DNA of 22,897 nt from Octopus sinensis (lineage: Eukaryota). The position numbers and the translations under genes are program-made. The notes below the pieces were generated by a model. That model was given only the letters and a program-made list of their open reading frames with translations, made no database searches and was not told the origin of the DNA. How positions within the stretch are numbered: the first letter of the stretch is position 1; each line of letters starts with the position of its first letter. Location of the stretch: the NCBI RefSeq assembly GCF_006345805.1, contig NW_021836720.1, positions 1-22,897 on the forward strand. Reading direction: 5' to 3'. Below are positions 8,209-17,599 of the stretch, piece by piece.

Positions 8209-8900
8209 ATGTATGTATCTATGTATGTACGTATGCATGTTCCATATTTGTCAGCCTCAATTTGTGAAGCAAGTCACAGCTTTGCTCAGATGACGCGACG
8301 TTTCAGATTTCGTTCCATCGAACATAGGCACACACACACACATACATACATACACACACACGAACATTATTGCTGCAGTTGTGCTCCAAAAGAAAGCCTA
8401 CCACTAACATGTTAACCATAAAACTGACTACTTAGGGAATGCAATCGTTTTTCTATCCAAGCCACACGGCCACATAGTCGTTACCAATATCTGCACACCA
8501 CTAACTTTGCATTGGGCATCATGACCTGGCACTTTATGCCTCAGATTTCATCAACGGAATGTGTCTATTGGACGCAGCTGTTAGGGCGCTGGCGATTTAG
8601 CAATGCTGAATGGACATTGGACCTGTTTTGGCGACAGTACATTTTGGTAATGTATGGAGGTAAACACGCGTTCGCGTGCGCAGAAATGTATAATACATAA
8701 GGCCGGAGAGAGAGTAGGATAGAGAGAGAAAGAGGGATTACAATTTATTAACCGAACACGATTAACATAAACACTTTTCCCTCTCCTCATTTGCATACAT
8801 AGAAATATGCTCACACACATAAACAGAGACAGACTGATAGACAGACAGATAACGAGAGACAGAACGGGAAAAACATTAAAACGAGAGAAATGTTACAATG

Positions 8901-8982
8901 TCTGATGTCAAATAAGTCAGCGTCAAATCAGCGACGCCAAATAAGCGGCGTCAAAACGGCTGCGGCAAAACATCTCTTACCC
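8901..8982. repeat. Degenerate tandem units of (G/C)GCGTCAAA type; possible DNA-transposon subterminal repeat
   Basis: GATGTCAAA / AGCGTCAAA / GACGCCAAA / GGCGTCAAAA / TGCGGCAAAA spaced about 13-16 bp apart. Confidence 0.4.
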
Positions 8983-9063
8983 TTTTGTGAAGACTTCCTA
9001 ATAATGAAGAGTCCATTATTCCGCATTATACAATAGTGTAGTTAGCACGGCTGCCATATACAT

Positions 9064-9403
9064 CAATAAAATTCCAATCTTGTACATGAAGTGTAAACAA
9101 ACAATTTGAAGTACCAGCGGACGGGACCACGCCACCCAAACGAGGGCAGCATCTGAAAAATTTGCTCTTTGAGCTCAGGAAAATGCCTAGATCGTGTGAA
9201 TTTTAAGATTTTCCTCTCCATCAAGCAATAAAATTCTAGTTTTGTGCTTTAAATGTAAACAAGCAATTTGAAGTAACAGTAGATAGGACCACGCTGCCCA
9301 AATGAATTTGCCTTCATAAGGGGAGCATCCGAAAATTTCGCTGTTTGAGCTCAGGAAAATGCCTGAATTGTATGAATTTTTAGATTTCCCTCTCCACCAA
9401 GCA
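9064..9403. repeat. Diverged tandem duplication, period about 162 bp
   Basis: CAATAAAATT...TGTAAACAA...TTTGAAGTA...GGACCACGC...TTTGAGCTCAGGAAAATGCCT...CTCTCCA.CAAGCA occurs from 9064 and again from 9226. Confidence 0.85.
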
Positions 9404-9548
9404 GAGTCTGAATGTTCTACTTCTATTATGATAGTACGTTCCAGCAAACACCGGTCGTTATCATACTACATTGCTTCCGCTTTTATCCACCTTTTAGCTG
9501 GAAAAACTGTACCTCCAGTGTAAAGGAGGCGATACTCCCCTGACCAGC

Positions 9549-9610
9549 ATGTATGAAGAGTCATCAATATTGTTTATTTAGAATATTCGTTGCGAAACCG
9601 ACTGTAACAT
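9549..9610 (+). ncRNA. Decayed hammerhead-like motif
   Basis: ATGT-[A]TGAAGA-G...AATATT/AATATT...C-GAAA-CCGACTG-TA^ACAT. Helix I ATGT/ACAT is intact but the first core base (C3) is A. Confidence 0.45.
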
Positions 9611-9924
9611 TCTGACCACTTATATGGCATAACCAGTTATATACTGTTTGAGGATATATATTAATGTGTGTGTGTGTGTATGTGTGAGTGTGCGCGCACG
9701 TGCATGCGTGCGTGCATATGTATGTGTGTATGTATGTGTTTGTGTATGTATTGTATAATATTGTATAATAATGTTGACTGTCTGAAGTAGGAGTATCAAG
9801 TACTCGATACCATAGTAGTGATGAATAATAACGCGAGTGCACACCCGTTTATATAGATTGGGAATGAAGTCCAGTGGCGTTTTAAGATGGGAAAGAAACA
9901 AATGATTCTGGGGTCATAATTCAT

Positions 9925-10672
9925 ATATTTAATCAAGATAACATTTTCCCTGTTTTATTTATAACACAATCTCATCCACTTGGTAAATTGTTGATCCCTT
10001 GAGCGTAAAATTCTTCAGATTTCGAAGCAAACGCTCAGTATCATCTTTAAAATCTTCACAATTAATTAACTATTTTCCTTCTAAATAATGTTGAAATGAT
10101 CTGAAAAGATGATAGTCAGTTGGCGAAAGTTCAGTAGATTAAGGAAGATGAGGCAACACTTCTGTATTTAATGCCTTAATCTTTTCATTAATGATTAGAG
10201 CAACATGTGGCCTTGCTTTATCATATAAGAACAACCAATAAAATGTGCTTTTCCTACAAATGCTTCTACAAATGCTTCTAACTGACAATACTTTTCCCCA
10301 TTAAACTGTTTCGTTGTGGTTTAACACTTGATGACAGACGACAACCTTCGTGTCCCACCAAACACATCACTTTTTTCGTGTTTAGTCTTGGTTTGAAGAT
10401 GGGTTTCACTTTTTCATTGAGTCTAGCCATTGTTGTTTTCACTGGAAATGATTATAGAGAACAGACATTACGTCATTTGGGATGATTCTGTCCAGGAAAG
10501 ATTCGGTAGCAATGAAGAACAGCGGATATCTCTTTGATTAAGCTAAGAAGCAGTCACATGAAGGTGTTTTCTGATTGAGATATGACTTGAACTGGAATGC
10601 ATTGCTAACTCCCGTGCAGTTTACTTTAGATTTTTCACAACAGTGATATTCAGAAGCTCAGTATTGAAAGAG
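9925..10672 (-). pseudogene. Fossil mariner (DD34D) transposase
   Basis: Hand translation across frameshifts: TARELA...SIRKHLH; ESFLDRIIPND (cf. FLDRIVTGDE); KPRLNTKKVM; VWWD; DKARPHVA (cf. DNARPH); EVLPHLP*STELSPTDYHLFRS (cf. VLPHPPYSPDLAPSDYHLFRS); SKSEEFYAQGINNLP. Confidence 0.9.
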
Positions 10673-10674
10673 CT

Positions 10675-10815
10675 TGAGTTAAAATTCCACTGAGGTCGAC
10701 TTTGCTTTTAATCCTTCCGGAGTCGATAAAATAAGTACCAGTTGAGCACTGGAGGTCGATGTAATCGACTTAACCTTGCCCCGAAATTGCTGGCCTTGTG
10801 TCAATATTTGAAACC
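10675..10815 (+). mobile_element. 5'-truncated SINE (20809-family head, alternative tail)
   Basis: GAGTTAAAATTCC...GAGGTCGACTTTGC...GTCGATAAAATAAGTACCAG...GAAATTGCTGGCCTTGTG. Confidence 0.85.
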
Positions 10816-10907
10816 AATATTGACAGAACTCAGTAGGAGGTAATCTGAAAGAGAAAAAAATTCCCTGGTTCAACAACCGTTGGCATGTTCGGACACTTAA
10901 AGCTTCG

Positions 10908-10990
10908 GGGTGGCAGCGCTAAGCAGTGATGTGTATAAATGCAAGGTTATTACCAGTTCGAATATGCTTGAGGTATATTGGAACACCTAA
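10908..10990 (+). mobile_element. Fragment related to the 20257 repeat
   Basis: GCAGCGCTAAGCAGTGAT...TTATTACCAGTTCGAATATGCTTGAGG resembles GGAGCGCTAAGCAGTGAT...TTATTATCAGTCTGAATACGCTTGAGG (20265-20325). Confidence 0.6.
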
Positions 10991-11073
10991 GAAAGTCATT
11001 CCAGGTGCACGAGTTTCCTTAACATTGAGATAACAGAACCCCAAAACATTGAGGTGGCCTAATACTTTCGGCC

Positions 11074-11375
11074 GTGGAGGCACATGGCCTAGTGGTTAGA
11101 ACAGCGGATTCGCGGTCGAGGGATCGCGGGTTCGAATCTCAGACCGGGCGATGTATATATTTATGAGAGAAACACCTAAACTCCACGCGGCTCCGGCAGA
11201 AGGTGATGGCGAACTTCTGCTGATTCTTTCACCACAACTTTCTCTCACTCTTGCCTCCTGCATCTTGCAGCTCACCTGCGACGGACTGGCGTCCCGTCCA
11301 GGTGGGGAACCTATACACCAAGGAAACCTGGAAACCGTCCCTAATGAGCCAGGCATGGCTCGAGAAGGAACAAAC
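11074..11375 (+). mobile_element. Full-length tRNA-derived SINE
   Basis: A box TGGCCTAGTGG, B box GGGTTCGAATC; TSD AATACTTTCGGCC (11061-73) and AATACTTTTGGCC (11376-88). Confidence 0.92.
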
Positions 11376-11689
11376 AATACTTTTGGCCTAAGCTGTACAC
11401 TTGCTTATTCCTACACCTGTCTTCGTATTTGTTTTTCTATAAATTTGAACTCTGTGTGTGTGCGTGTGTGTGTGCATATATAAATATATATATATTTATA
11501 AAACCAGGAGTAGAGGGACGAAAGGTGAAGTTGATTTTGCTCTGATTTGAACTCTCACTCGTAAGATAATGAAAAGCTGATTTAAATATTGTGGTGCAAA
11601 GATGTCAAATGTTAATTTTTACCGCCTGACTTGAAAAAAACAAACTCGGCTGTTGTCAGCCATTAAAGAAAATTTAATGATTATGATCG

Positions 11690-12175
11690 TGATCATGATG
11701 ACGATGATGACAACGACATCGGCGGCGACAAGGAAGAAGATTAGTGCAAGGCGGAAAGTGGCCGTGTCAGCAGCGGCGGCGGCGGCGGTAGCGGTGGTGG
11801 TGGTGGTGGTGGTGGTGTGTGTGGTGGTGGTGGTGGTGGTGGCGGCGGCGGTAGTGGTTGTGGTGGCAGTGGTGCTGGTGGCAGTGGTGCTGGTGGCAGG
11901 GGTGGAAGCGGCAGTGGTGGTGGTGACGGCAGTGGTGGTGACGGCAGTGGCGACGGCAGTGGCGACGGCGGTGGTGGTGGTGTGTGTGTGTGGTGGCGAT
12001 GGTAGTGGTGGCGGCGGCGGTGGTGGAGGCGGCAGTGGTGGTGGAGGTAGAGTGGTGGTGGCGGCGGCGGCAGTGGTAGCAGCAGCGATGGTTGTAGTTG
12101 GCAGCAGTGGTGGCAGTGGTGGCGGTAGTGGTAGCAGTGGCGGTGGTGGCGGTGGTGGCGGTGGTGGTAGCAGTT
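11690..12175. repeat. GC-rich compound trinucleotide array (GAT/GGC/GGT/GGCAGT)
   Basis: Read directly; stop-free in several frames on both strands, giving poly-V/A/G/P/T ORFs. Confidence 0.9.
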
Positions 12176-12767
12176 TTTTTGTGATAGTTGATAATGAGCT
12201 TGACACATTAAAGACACGACGGCGTTGCTTAAATTTTTTCTGTTTTTTTTTTAATCTTTATAGTTGTTTTTTTGGGGTTTTTTTTCACTTTTTAAAGGCG
12301 CACATTTTCAAAACGAGGCAGAAACATAACAAAATGCATATATGTAAACAAACAAACAAACAAACAAACAAACAAATAGACCAAGAACCAAGATATAATA
12401 AAAATAAAGTCAGATAAAAAAAAAAAAAACAAAGAAAAAAATAAACAAAGAAAAACAAAATCAGTGAAGTGGAACGGATGACCATCTGGCTAAGGCGACA
12501 GGTGTTTCAAATCCCGCTCCCCCCAAAGTCAGACGTTCACCAATATAAAGCCAAACTAACGTGACGGTGCACTCTCCAGTACGAGTAGTAAGAGGAAGGG
12601 GAGGAGGTGTAGGAAGAGGAGTGGTGAAGGCGGTGGGAAAGTGTGTGGTGAGGGTGGTGGTGAGGGTGGTGGTGCTCGGCAGAGCATTCCTTGAATAACA
12701 TTGCTACACATATTAAGTTTATTATGCACACAATACAAGAATTGACTATACAAATAAGTGGTACGTA

Positions 12768-12808
<41 letters not shown>

Positions 12809-12824
12809 AGACACATGTATGCAT

Positions 12825-13029
12825 CATATATGCATACGTCAGATATATATGCATATATACGCACACACGTATGTAAATAGATACATACATATATACATAT
12901 ATACACACACACACACACACACATAGACACATATATGCATACGTCAGATATATATGCATATATACGCACACACGTATGTACATAGATACATACATATATA
13001 CATATATACACACACACACACACACATAT

Positions 13030-13030
<1 letters not shown>
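12825..13030. repeat. 105-bp tandem duplication of low-complexity sequence
   Basis: GCATACGTCAGATATATATGCATATATACGCACACACGTATGTA starts at 12832 and at 12937. Confidence 0.85.
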
Positions 13031-13068
<38 letters not shown>

Positions 13069-13072
13069 ATAT

Positions 13073-13403
13073 ATATCGTTTTAGGAGTTGGTTTGCAAGA
13101 TTCTTTATATGGAGTTTTCGTGTGTTGAAGCATATTCTGTTGTGTCTGGGGAGAGTCACATTGTCTTTTTGTGCCTTATTATGTAACGCACTCAGCGGTA
13201 AAATTTCCACTTCTTTCTTATTTTTATTTTCCTAAAATTTTCGTTGCGTCTTTTAATTCAAAACTATTGAAAAGGTTGCAAGACGCAACGAAAATTTTAG
13301 GAAAATAAAAGTAAAAGAAAAAAAAGTGGAAATTTTACCGGTGAGTGCGTTACATAATAAGGCACAAAAAGAAAATGTGACTCCCCCAGACACAACAGAG
13401 TAT
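13073..13403. mobile_element. Interspersed repeat with tail-to-tail fold-back (arms about 120 bp)
   Basis: 13132-13252 is the reverse complement of 13280-13403 with several substitutions; 27-bp spacer; (TA)n on both sides. Confidence 0.85.
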
Positions 13404-13495
13404 ATATATATACATATATATATATATATAATTTTTTTTTAATATGCTAGGCCACTGGTTTTAATTTATTAATATCTACCCTTATTTAATTTTTA

Positions 13496-13535
<40 letters not shown>

Positions 13536-13539
<4 letters not shown>

Positions 13540-13807
13540 CGTGACCGACCAGGCCATCAGATGTTGTTACACATCGCTGGTCAAATGACGCCACCCCGCT
13601 GCCTAAGCGAGCAGGCCAACAGAAGAAAGAGTGAGAGAAAGTTGTGGCGAAAGAGTACAGCAGGGATCGCCACCACCCCTACCGGAGCCTCGTGGAGCTT
13701 TAGGTGTTTTCGCTCAATAAACACTCACAACGCCCGGTCTGGGAATCGAAACCGCGATCCTACGACCGCGAGTCCGCTGCCCTACCCACTAGGCCATTGC
13801 GCTTCCA
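13536..13807 (-). mobile_element. tRNA-derived SINE (11074/22128-type head and body, distinct tail)
   Basis: Reverse-complement A box (CCACTAGGCCA) and B box (GGAATCGAAACC); shared body GAGTGAGAGAAAGTTGTGGCGAAAGAG; the 3' end abuts (TA)n. Confidence 0.88.
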
Positions 13808-13843
13808 TATTTCCAGCGTGGTGGTATCTTTTAGATACCCTAA

Positions 13844-13881
<38 letters not shown>

Positions 13882-13920
13882 TAATAATAATAATAATGCA
13901 TATATATATATATATATATG

Positions 13921-13958
<38 letters not shown>

Positions 13959-14581
13959 TATTATTATTATTATTATTGAGTGCATGCCATCAAAGTGACA
14001 CTGGGGTAAAAATATACGAAGCCCATATACCATCATGACTACTCGTCTGATAAGGGTACACCAGGCACATGCATCACAACCCTATGTTGCGCGACATGGT
14101 GATCTCATATCAAGATAAACAGCACATGACCTTGCAGGTGGGGCCCAGTTAGAATTTTCTTCAGGTTGAGTAGCCGTCCCGCTCAAAGGTCCCTGAATAA
14201 GGGTTGTTTAAGGATGTTGAAAGAACCACCCATGTTTCCAGAGGTGAATTATTCAAACCCCAAAGAATCCCTCTCAACTCATGGCTATGATGCTCCCCCA
14301 CTACTTCTGCTCGTGATCAGAGATGCACATATCGTCAGCCACTAAGGGACATGCTCAACTGGTTACGGTCAAACAACTGACAAGCATATCTGTGGTATTG
14401 AGCAGAATATTTGCTGTAGGCCATCTTTTATACCAAGACAAAACAATGGACAGGTTAACACTTCCAATCAGTTAAGATCAGAAGCCATGAGAGCCACTGC
14501 CTGGTACTGCATCAGGGCATTTATTATTATTATTATTATTATTATTTAGGGTATCTAAAAGATACCACCACGCTGGAAATA
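13808..14581. repeat. Palindrome centred on a (TA)n tract, with 37-bp perfect outer arms, interrupted by an inserted element
   Basis: 13808-13844 is the exact reverse complement of 14545-14581. Inside: (AAT)n-ATGCAT-(AT)n-ATGCAT-(TAT)n, symmetric about position 13909. Confidence 0.9.
13978..14520. mobile_element. About 540-bp interspersed element embedded in (ATT)n
   Basis: Complex non-coding sequence with (TTA)n on both sides. I recognise it as a common octopus repeat; orientation and class are not established. Confidence 0.6.
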
Positions 14582-14773
14582 GTAGCCAAAACTTGACTCT
14601 AAAACCACATTTAATGTTCATGTATGTATTTTTTAGATACTCTAAATTTTAATTTTAATGATAATTATTACCTTTGAAGGTTTTTATTCCCGTGCTGGCC
14701 ACTTGATAAAATCGATATTTAAATTAACGATCTTATCCTTATTTATATAAATATATATATTTTTTTTCGTTGT

Positions 14774-15160
14774 GCGCAGGAGTGGCTGTGTGGTAAGTAG
14801 CTTGCTAAGCAACCACATGATTCCGGGTTCAGTCCCACTGCGTGGCATCTTGGGCAAGTGTCTTCTGCTATAGCCTCAGGCCGACCAATGCCTTGTGAGT
14901 GGATTTGGTAGACGGAAACTGAAAGAAACCCGTCGTATATATGTATATATATATATGTGTGTGCGTTTGTGTATCTGTGTTTGTCCCCCTAGCATTGCTT
15001 GACAACCGATGCTGGTGTGTCACTTAGCGGTTCGGCAAAAGAGACCGATAGAATAAGTACTGGGCTTACAAAGAATAAGTCCTGGGGTAGATTTGCTCGA
15101 CTAAAGGCGGTGCTCCAGCATGGCCGCAGTCAAATGACTGAAACATGTAAATGAGAATGA
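14774..15160 (+). mobile_element. tRNA-derived SINE with internal (TA)/(TG) microsatellite
   Basis: A-box-like TGGCTGTGTGG, B-box-like GGGTTCAGTCC, TTGGGCAAGTGTCTTCT body; closely matches 15332-15732 and the reverse complement of 17998-18409. Confidence 0.92.
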
Positions 15161-15210
15161 GAATGAGTAATGAGTATATATACATACACACACATGCACA
15201 CACACACACA

Positions 15211-15277
<67 letters not shown>

Positions 15278-15331
15278 AATCGTCACTCATTGTGAGTGAG
15301 GGTGCTGAAGCACCTAGATTTCAAAAATTAA

Positions 15332-15732
15332 GGCGCAGGAGTGGCTGTGTGGTAAGTAGCTTGCTAACCAACCACATGGTTCTGGGTTCAGTCCCACTGC
15401 GTGTACCTTGGGCAAGTGTCTTCTGCTATAGCCCCGGGCCGCCAATGCCTTGTGAGTGGATTTGGTAGGCGGAAACTGAAGAAGCCTGTCGTATATATGT
15501 ATATATATATGTGTGTGTGTGTGTTTGTGTGTCTGTGTTTGTCCCCCTAGCATTGCTTGACAACCGATGCTGGTGTGTTTACTCCCCGTCACTTAGCGGT
15601 TCGGCAAAGAGAGACCGATAGAATAAGTACTGGGCTTACAAAGAATAAGTCCCGGGGTCGATTTGCTCGACTAAAAGCGGTGCTCCAGCATGGCCGCAGT
15701 CAAATGACTGAAACAAGTAAAAGAGTAAAGAA
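15332..15732 (+). mobile_element. tRNA-derived SINE (same family as 14774)
   Basis: Collinear with 14774-15160 over the full length. Confidence 0.92.
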
Positions 15733-15767
15733 AGTTAAAAATTCTTAGTGTTGTAAGAAGCGCGCAA

Positions 15768-16135
15768 TATACACTGACAGGGGAGATAACCACTCCATGG
15801 GCGTTTCTATGATTATTAGACTAGACTAGTTTCGCCTATCAGTCGTTGGCTCGTCAGTAGTAATTGCTCAATGTATATATTTTTACCATGAAAATTTAGG
15901 ATTGCTTTAGCGAAATGCTAATGCGAATATCAAATATTAATATAACCAGCCAGGCGCAATATAATACCATAAAGGAAAAAAATTATCTTCACTAATTCTG
16001 AATGAGGAGGCCAAAGCACCTACATTTCAAGAAATAAGAGTTAAAACACTTATGCTGTATGAAGCGTGCTGACAGGGGAGATAGTCTAGTGATTCTAGAA
16101 AAGCTCATGAGTGGTTATCTCCCCTGTCAGTATAT
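15768..16135 (-). mobile_element. HHR-bearing short element with an inverted copy of its post-cleavage tail
   Basis: The reverse complement of 15768-15823 matches 16082-16135; HHR at 15820-15861; extra 15-bp fold-back 16069-16083/16116-16130. Confidence 0.75.
15820..15861 (-). ncRNA. Minimal type I hammerhead ribozyme motif
   Basis: Minus strand reads ACTA-CTGACGA-GCC(AACGACTGATA)GGC-GAAA-CTAG-TC^TAGT. Helix I ACTA/TAGT, helix II GCC/GGC, palindromic helix III ACTAGT, GUC site with cleavage between 15824 and 15823. Confidence 0.85.
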
Positions 16136-16146
16136 ATATACATACA

Positions 16147-17138
16147 AGATGTTTGAAATCCTTAAGCTCTGTGGGATACCAGACAAAATCCTTTCTGCCA
16201 TCAAGGTCCTCTACACAGATACGTCTTCAACCATCTTAACCCCTGACGGAGAAACATCATCTTTCTCAATCAAAGCCGGAATACTGCAGGGAGACACACT
16301 CGCCCCATTTCTTTTCATCATTGTTGTTGATTATGTGCTACGTATGTCAGTTGATACCATCTCTGGCAAGGGCTTTGAAATAAAACCAAGAAGAAGTTCC
16401 AGACACCCAGCTGAGTACTGACAGACACTGACTTGCTGACGACATCGCTCTTATCAGTGATTCTCTCTCCAATCTCAGTCTCTTTTACAATCTCTTGAAC
16501 AAGCCTCAAATTGTGTAGGTCTTTACCTCAATGAGGCCAAAACTGAATACATAAACAAGTACCTGTCCAACAGTGATTGCATTATCCATACTCTCAACAA
16601 CGCCCTAAAATATGGTTTTTGATTATAAATATCTTGGGTCATACATATCATCATCTGGAAAAAGACTTTCTAACTAGAAAGGGTATGGCCGGTCAGCCTG
16701 TAATGACATGCATAAGATCTGGTCATCAAATCTAAGTAGAGACTTCAAACTTGAAATCTTCAAAGCCACAGTCGAACCAATTCTACTATATGGCTCAGAA
16801 ACCTGGACGTTATAAGAAGCTTGAGAGGCGGTTGGATGGACCTACACTCGCCTCCTTATGAGAGCTCAAAATCTCTCGTGAAGCGCCATCCAACCAAAAT
16901 GCAAATATATGGGAAACTACCACCTGTCATCTATCTCTGAAAGGTAGGAGAGTCCAGTTTGCTGGACATTGTTGTAGAGCTGAAAAAGAAGTAATTTCTA
17001 CTCTTCTCCTCTGGAAGCCATCTACTCGCAATACAGGCATCCAGCAACAGGACCTCGTAATGCCATGATGGAACGTGAAGTCTGGCGTAGCATGGTAAAT
17101 TCCATTGGCTCGACCACGGTCGAACAATGATGATGATG
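16147..17138 (+). mobile_element. 5'-truncated RTE-clade LINE (RT domain 3' half, frameshifted)
   Basis: GIPDKILSAIKVLY...GILQGDTLAPFLFIIVVDYVL, ADDIAL, YKYLGSYI, VEPILLYGSETWT, FAGHC motifs; 3' stem-loop TCGACC-AC-GGTCGA (17110-23); (GAT)n tail; TACATACA at 16139-46 and 17139-46 as a likely 8-bp TSD. Confidence 0.92.
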
Positions 17139-17149
17139 TACATACATGC

Positions 17150-17206
17150 ATATATATATACATATATATATATATATTATATATATATATATATATCTAT
17201 ATTATA

Positions 17207-17259
<53 letters not shown>
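17150..17259. repeat. (TA)n microsatellite, imperfect
   Basis: Read directly. Confidence 0.95.
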
Positions 17260-17261
<2 letters not shown>

Positions 17262-17465
17262 CCGCGTGTGTACCGTTGGCGATTTTTTCCCCTCCGTCTT
17301 CCCTTCTTTGGATCTTTCCTTTTCCTATGTTTCTGACGAAGAGCTCCGCTTGAAACGTTTAAGCCCTCCTTCTTTCCTTCTTTCCTGACCGTCCAATAAT
17401 ACTATACTTGTTCCACGTCCTCGCATTGTTGTGTTTTCTCTTTGTGTTTTCATGTTTGGATTAAC
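17260..17465 (+). mobile_element. 206-bp pyrimidine-rich element inside (TA)n, with a decayed hammerhead motif
   Basis: Bounded by (TA)n on both sides; 17329-17363 reads GTTT-CTGACGA-A-GAGC(TCC)GCTT-GAAA-CG-TT-TAAG. Confidence 0.65.
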
Positions 17466-17505
17466 TATATAATATTATATATATATATATATAGTTAATC
17501 CAACA

Positions 17506-17536
<31 letters not shown>

Positions 17537-17599
17537 CCATATATATATATATAAATATATATATATATTATATATATATTATATATATATATATACACA

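Noticed and set aside
11619-12417. Long Pro/Thr/Gly/Val-rich ORFs (195-254 aa) as mucin-, extensin- or glycine-rich proteins
   Set aside because: The tract is open in multiple frames on both strands because of its trinucleotide composition; there are no convincing splice sites or non-repetitive coding flanks.
12538-12695. CCAATATAAAG (CCAAT/TATA-like) and CATTCCT (MCAT-like) as a promoter
   Set aside because: Short motifs expected by chance, with no downstream gene evidence.
14325-14345. Minus-strand CTGACGA inside the 540-bp element
   Set aside because: The downstream sequence is GAAG and there are no matching helices.
16059-16421. 120-aa ORF as an intact gene
   Set aside because: Its first 30 or so codons come from the HHR element's inverted tail and (TA)n; the rest is a fragment of the truncated RTE RT.
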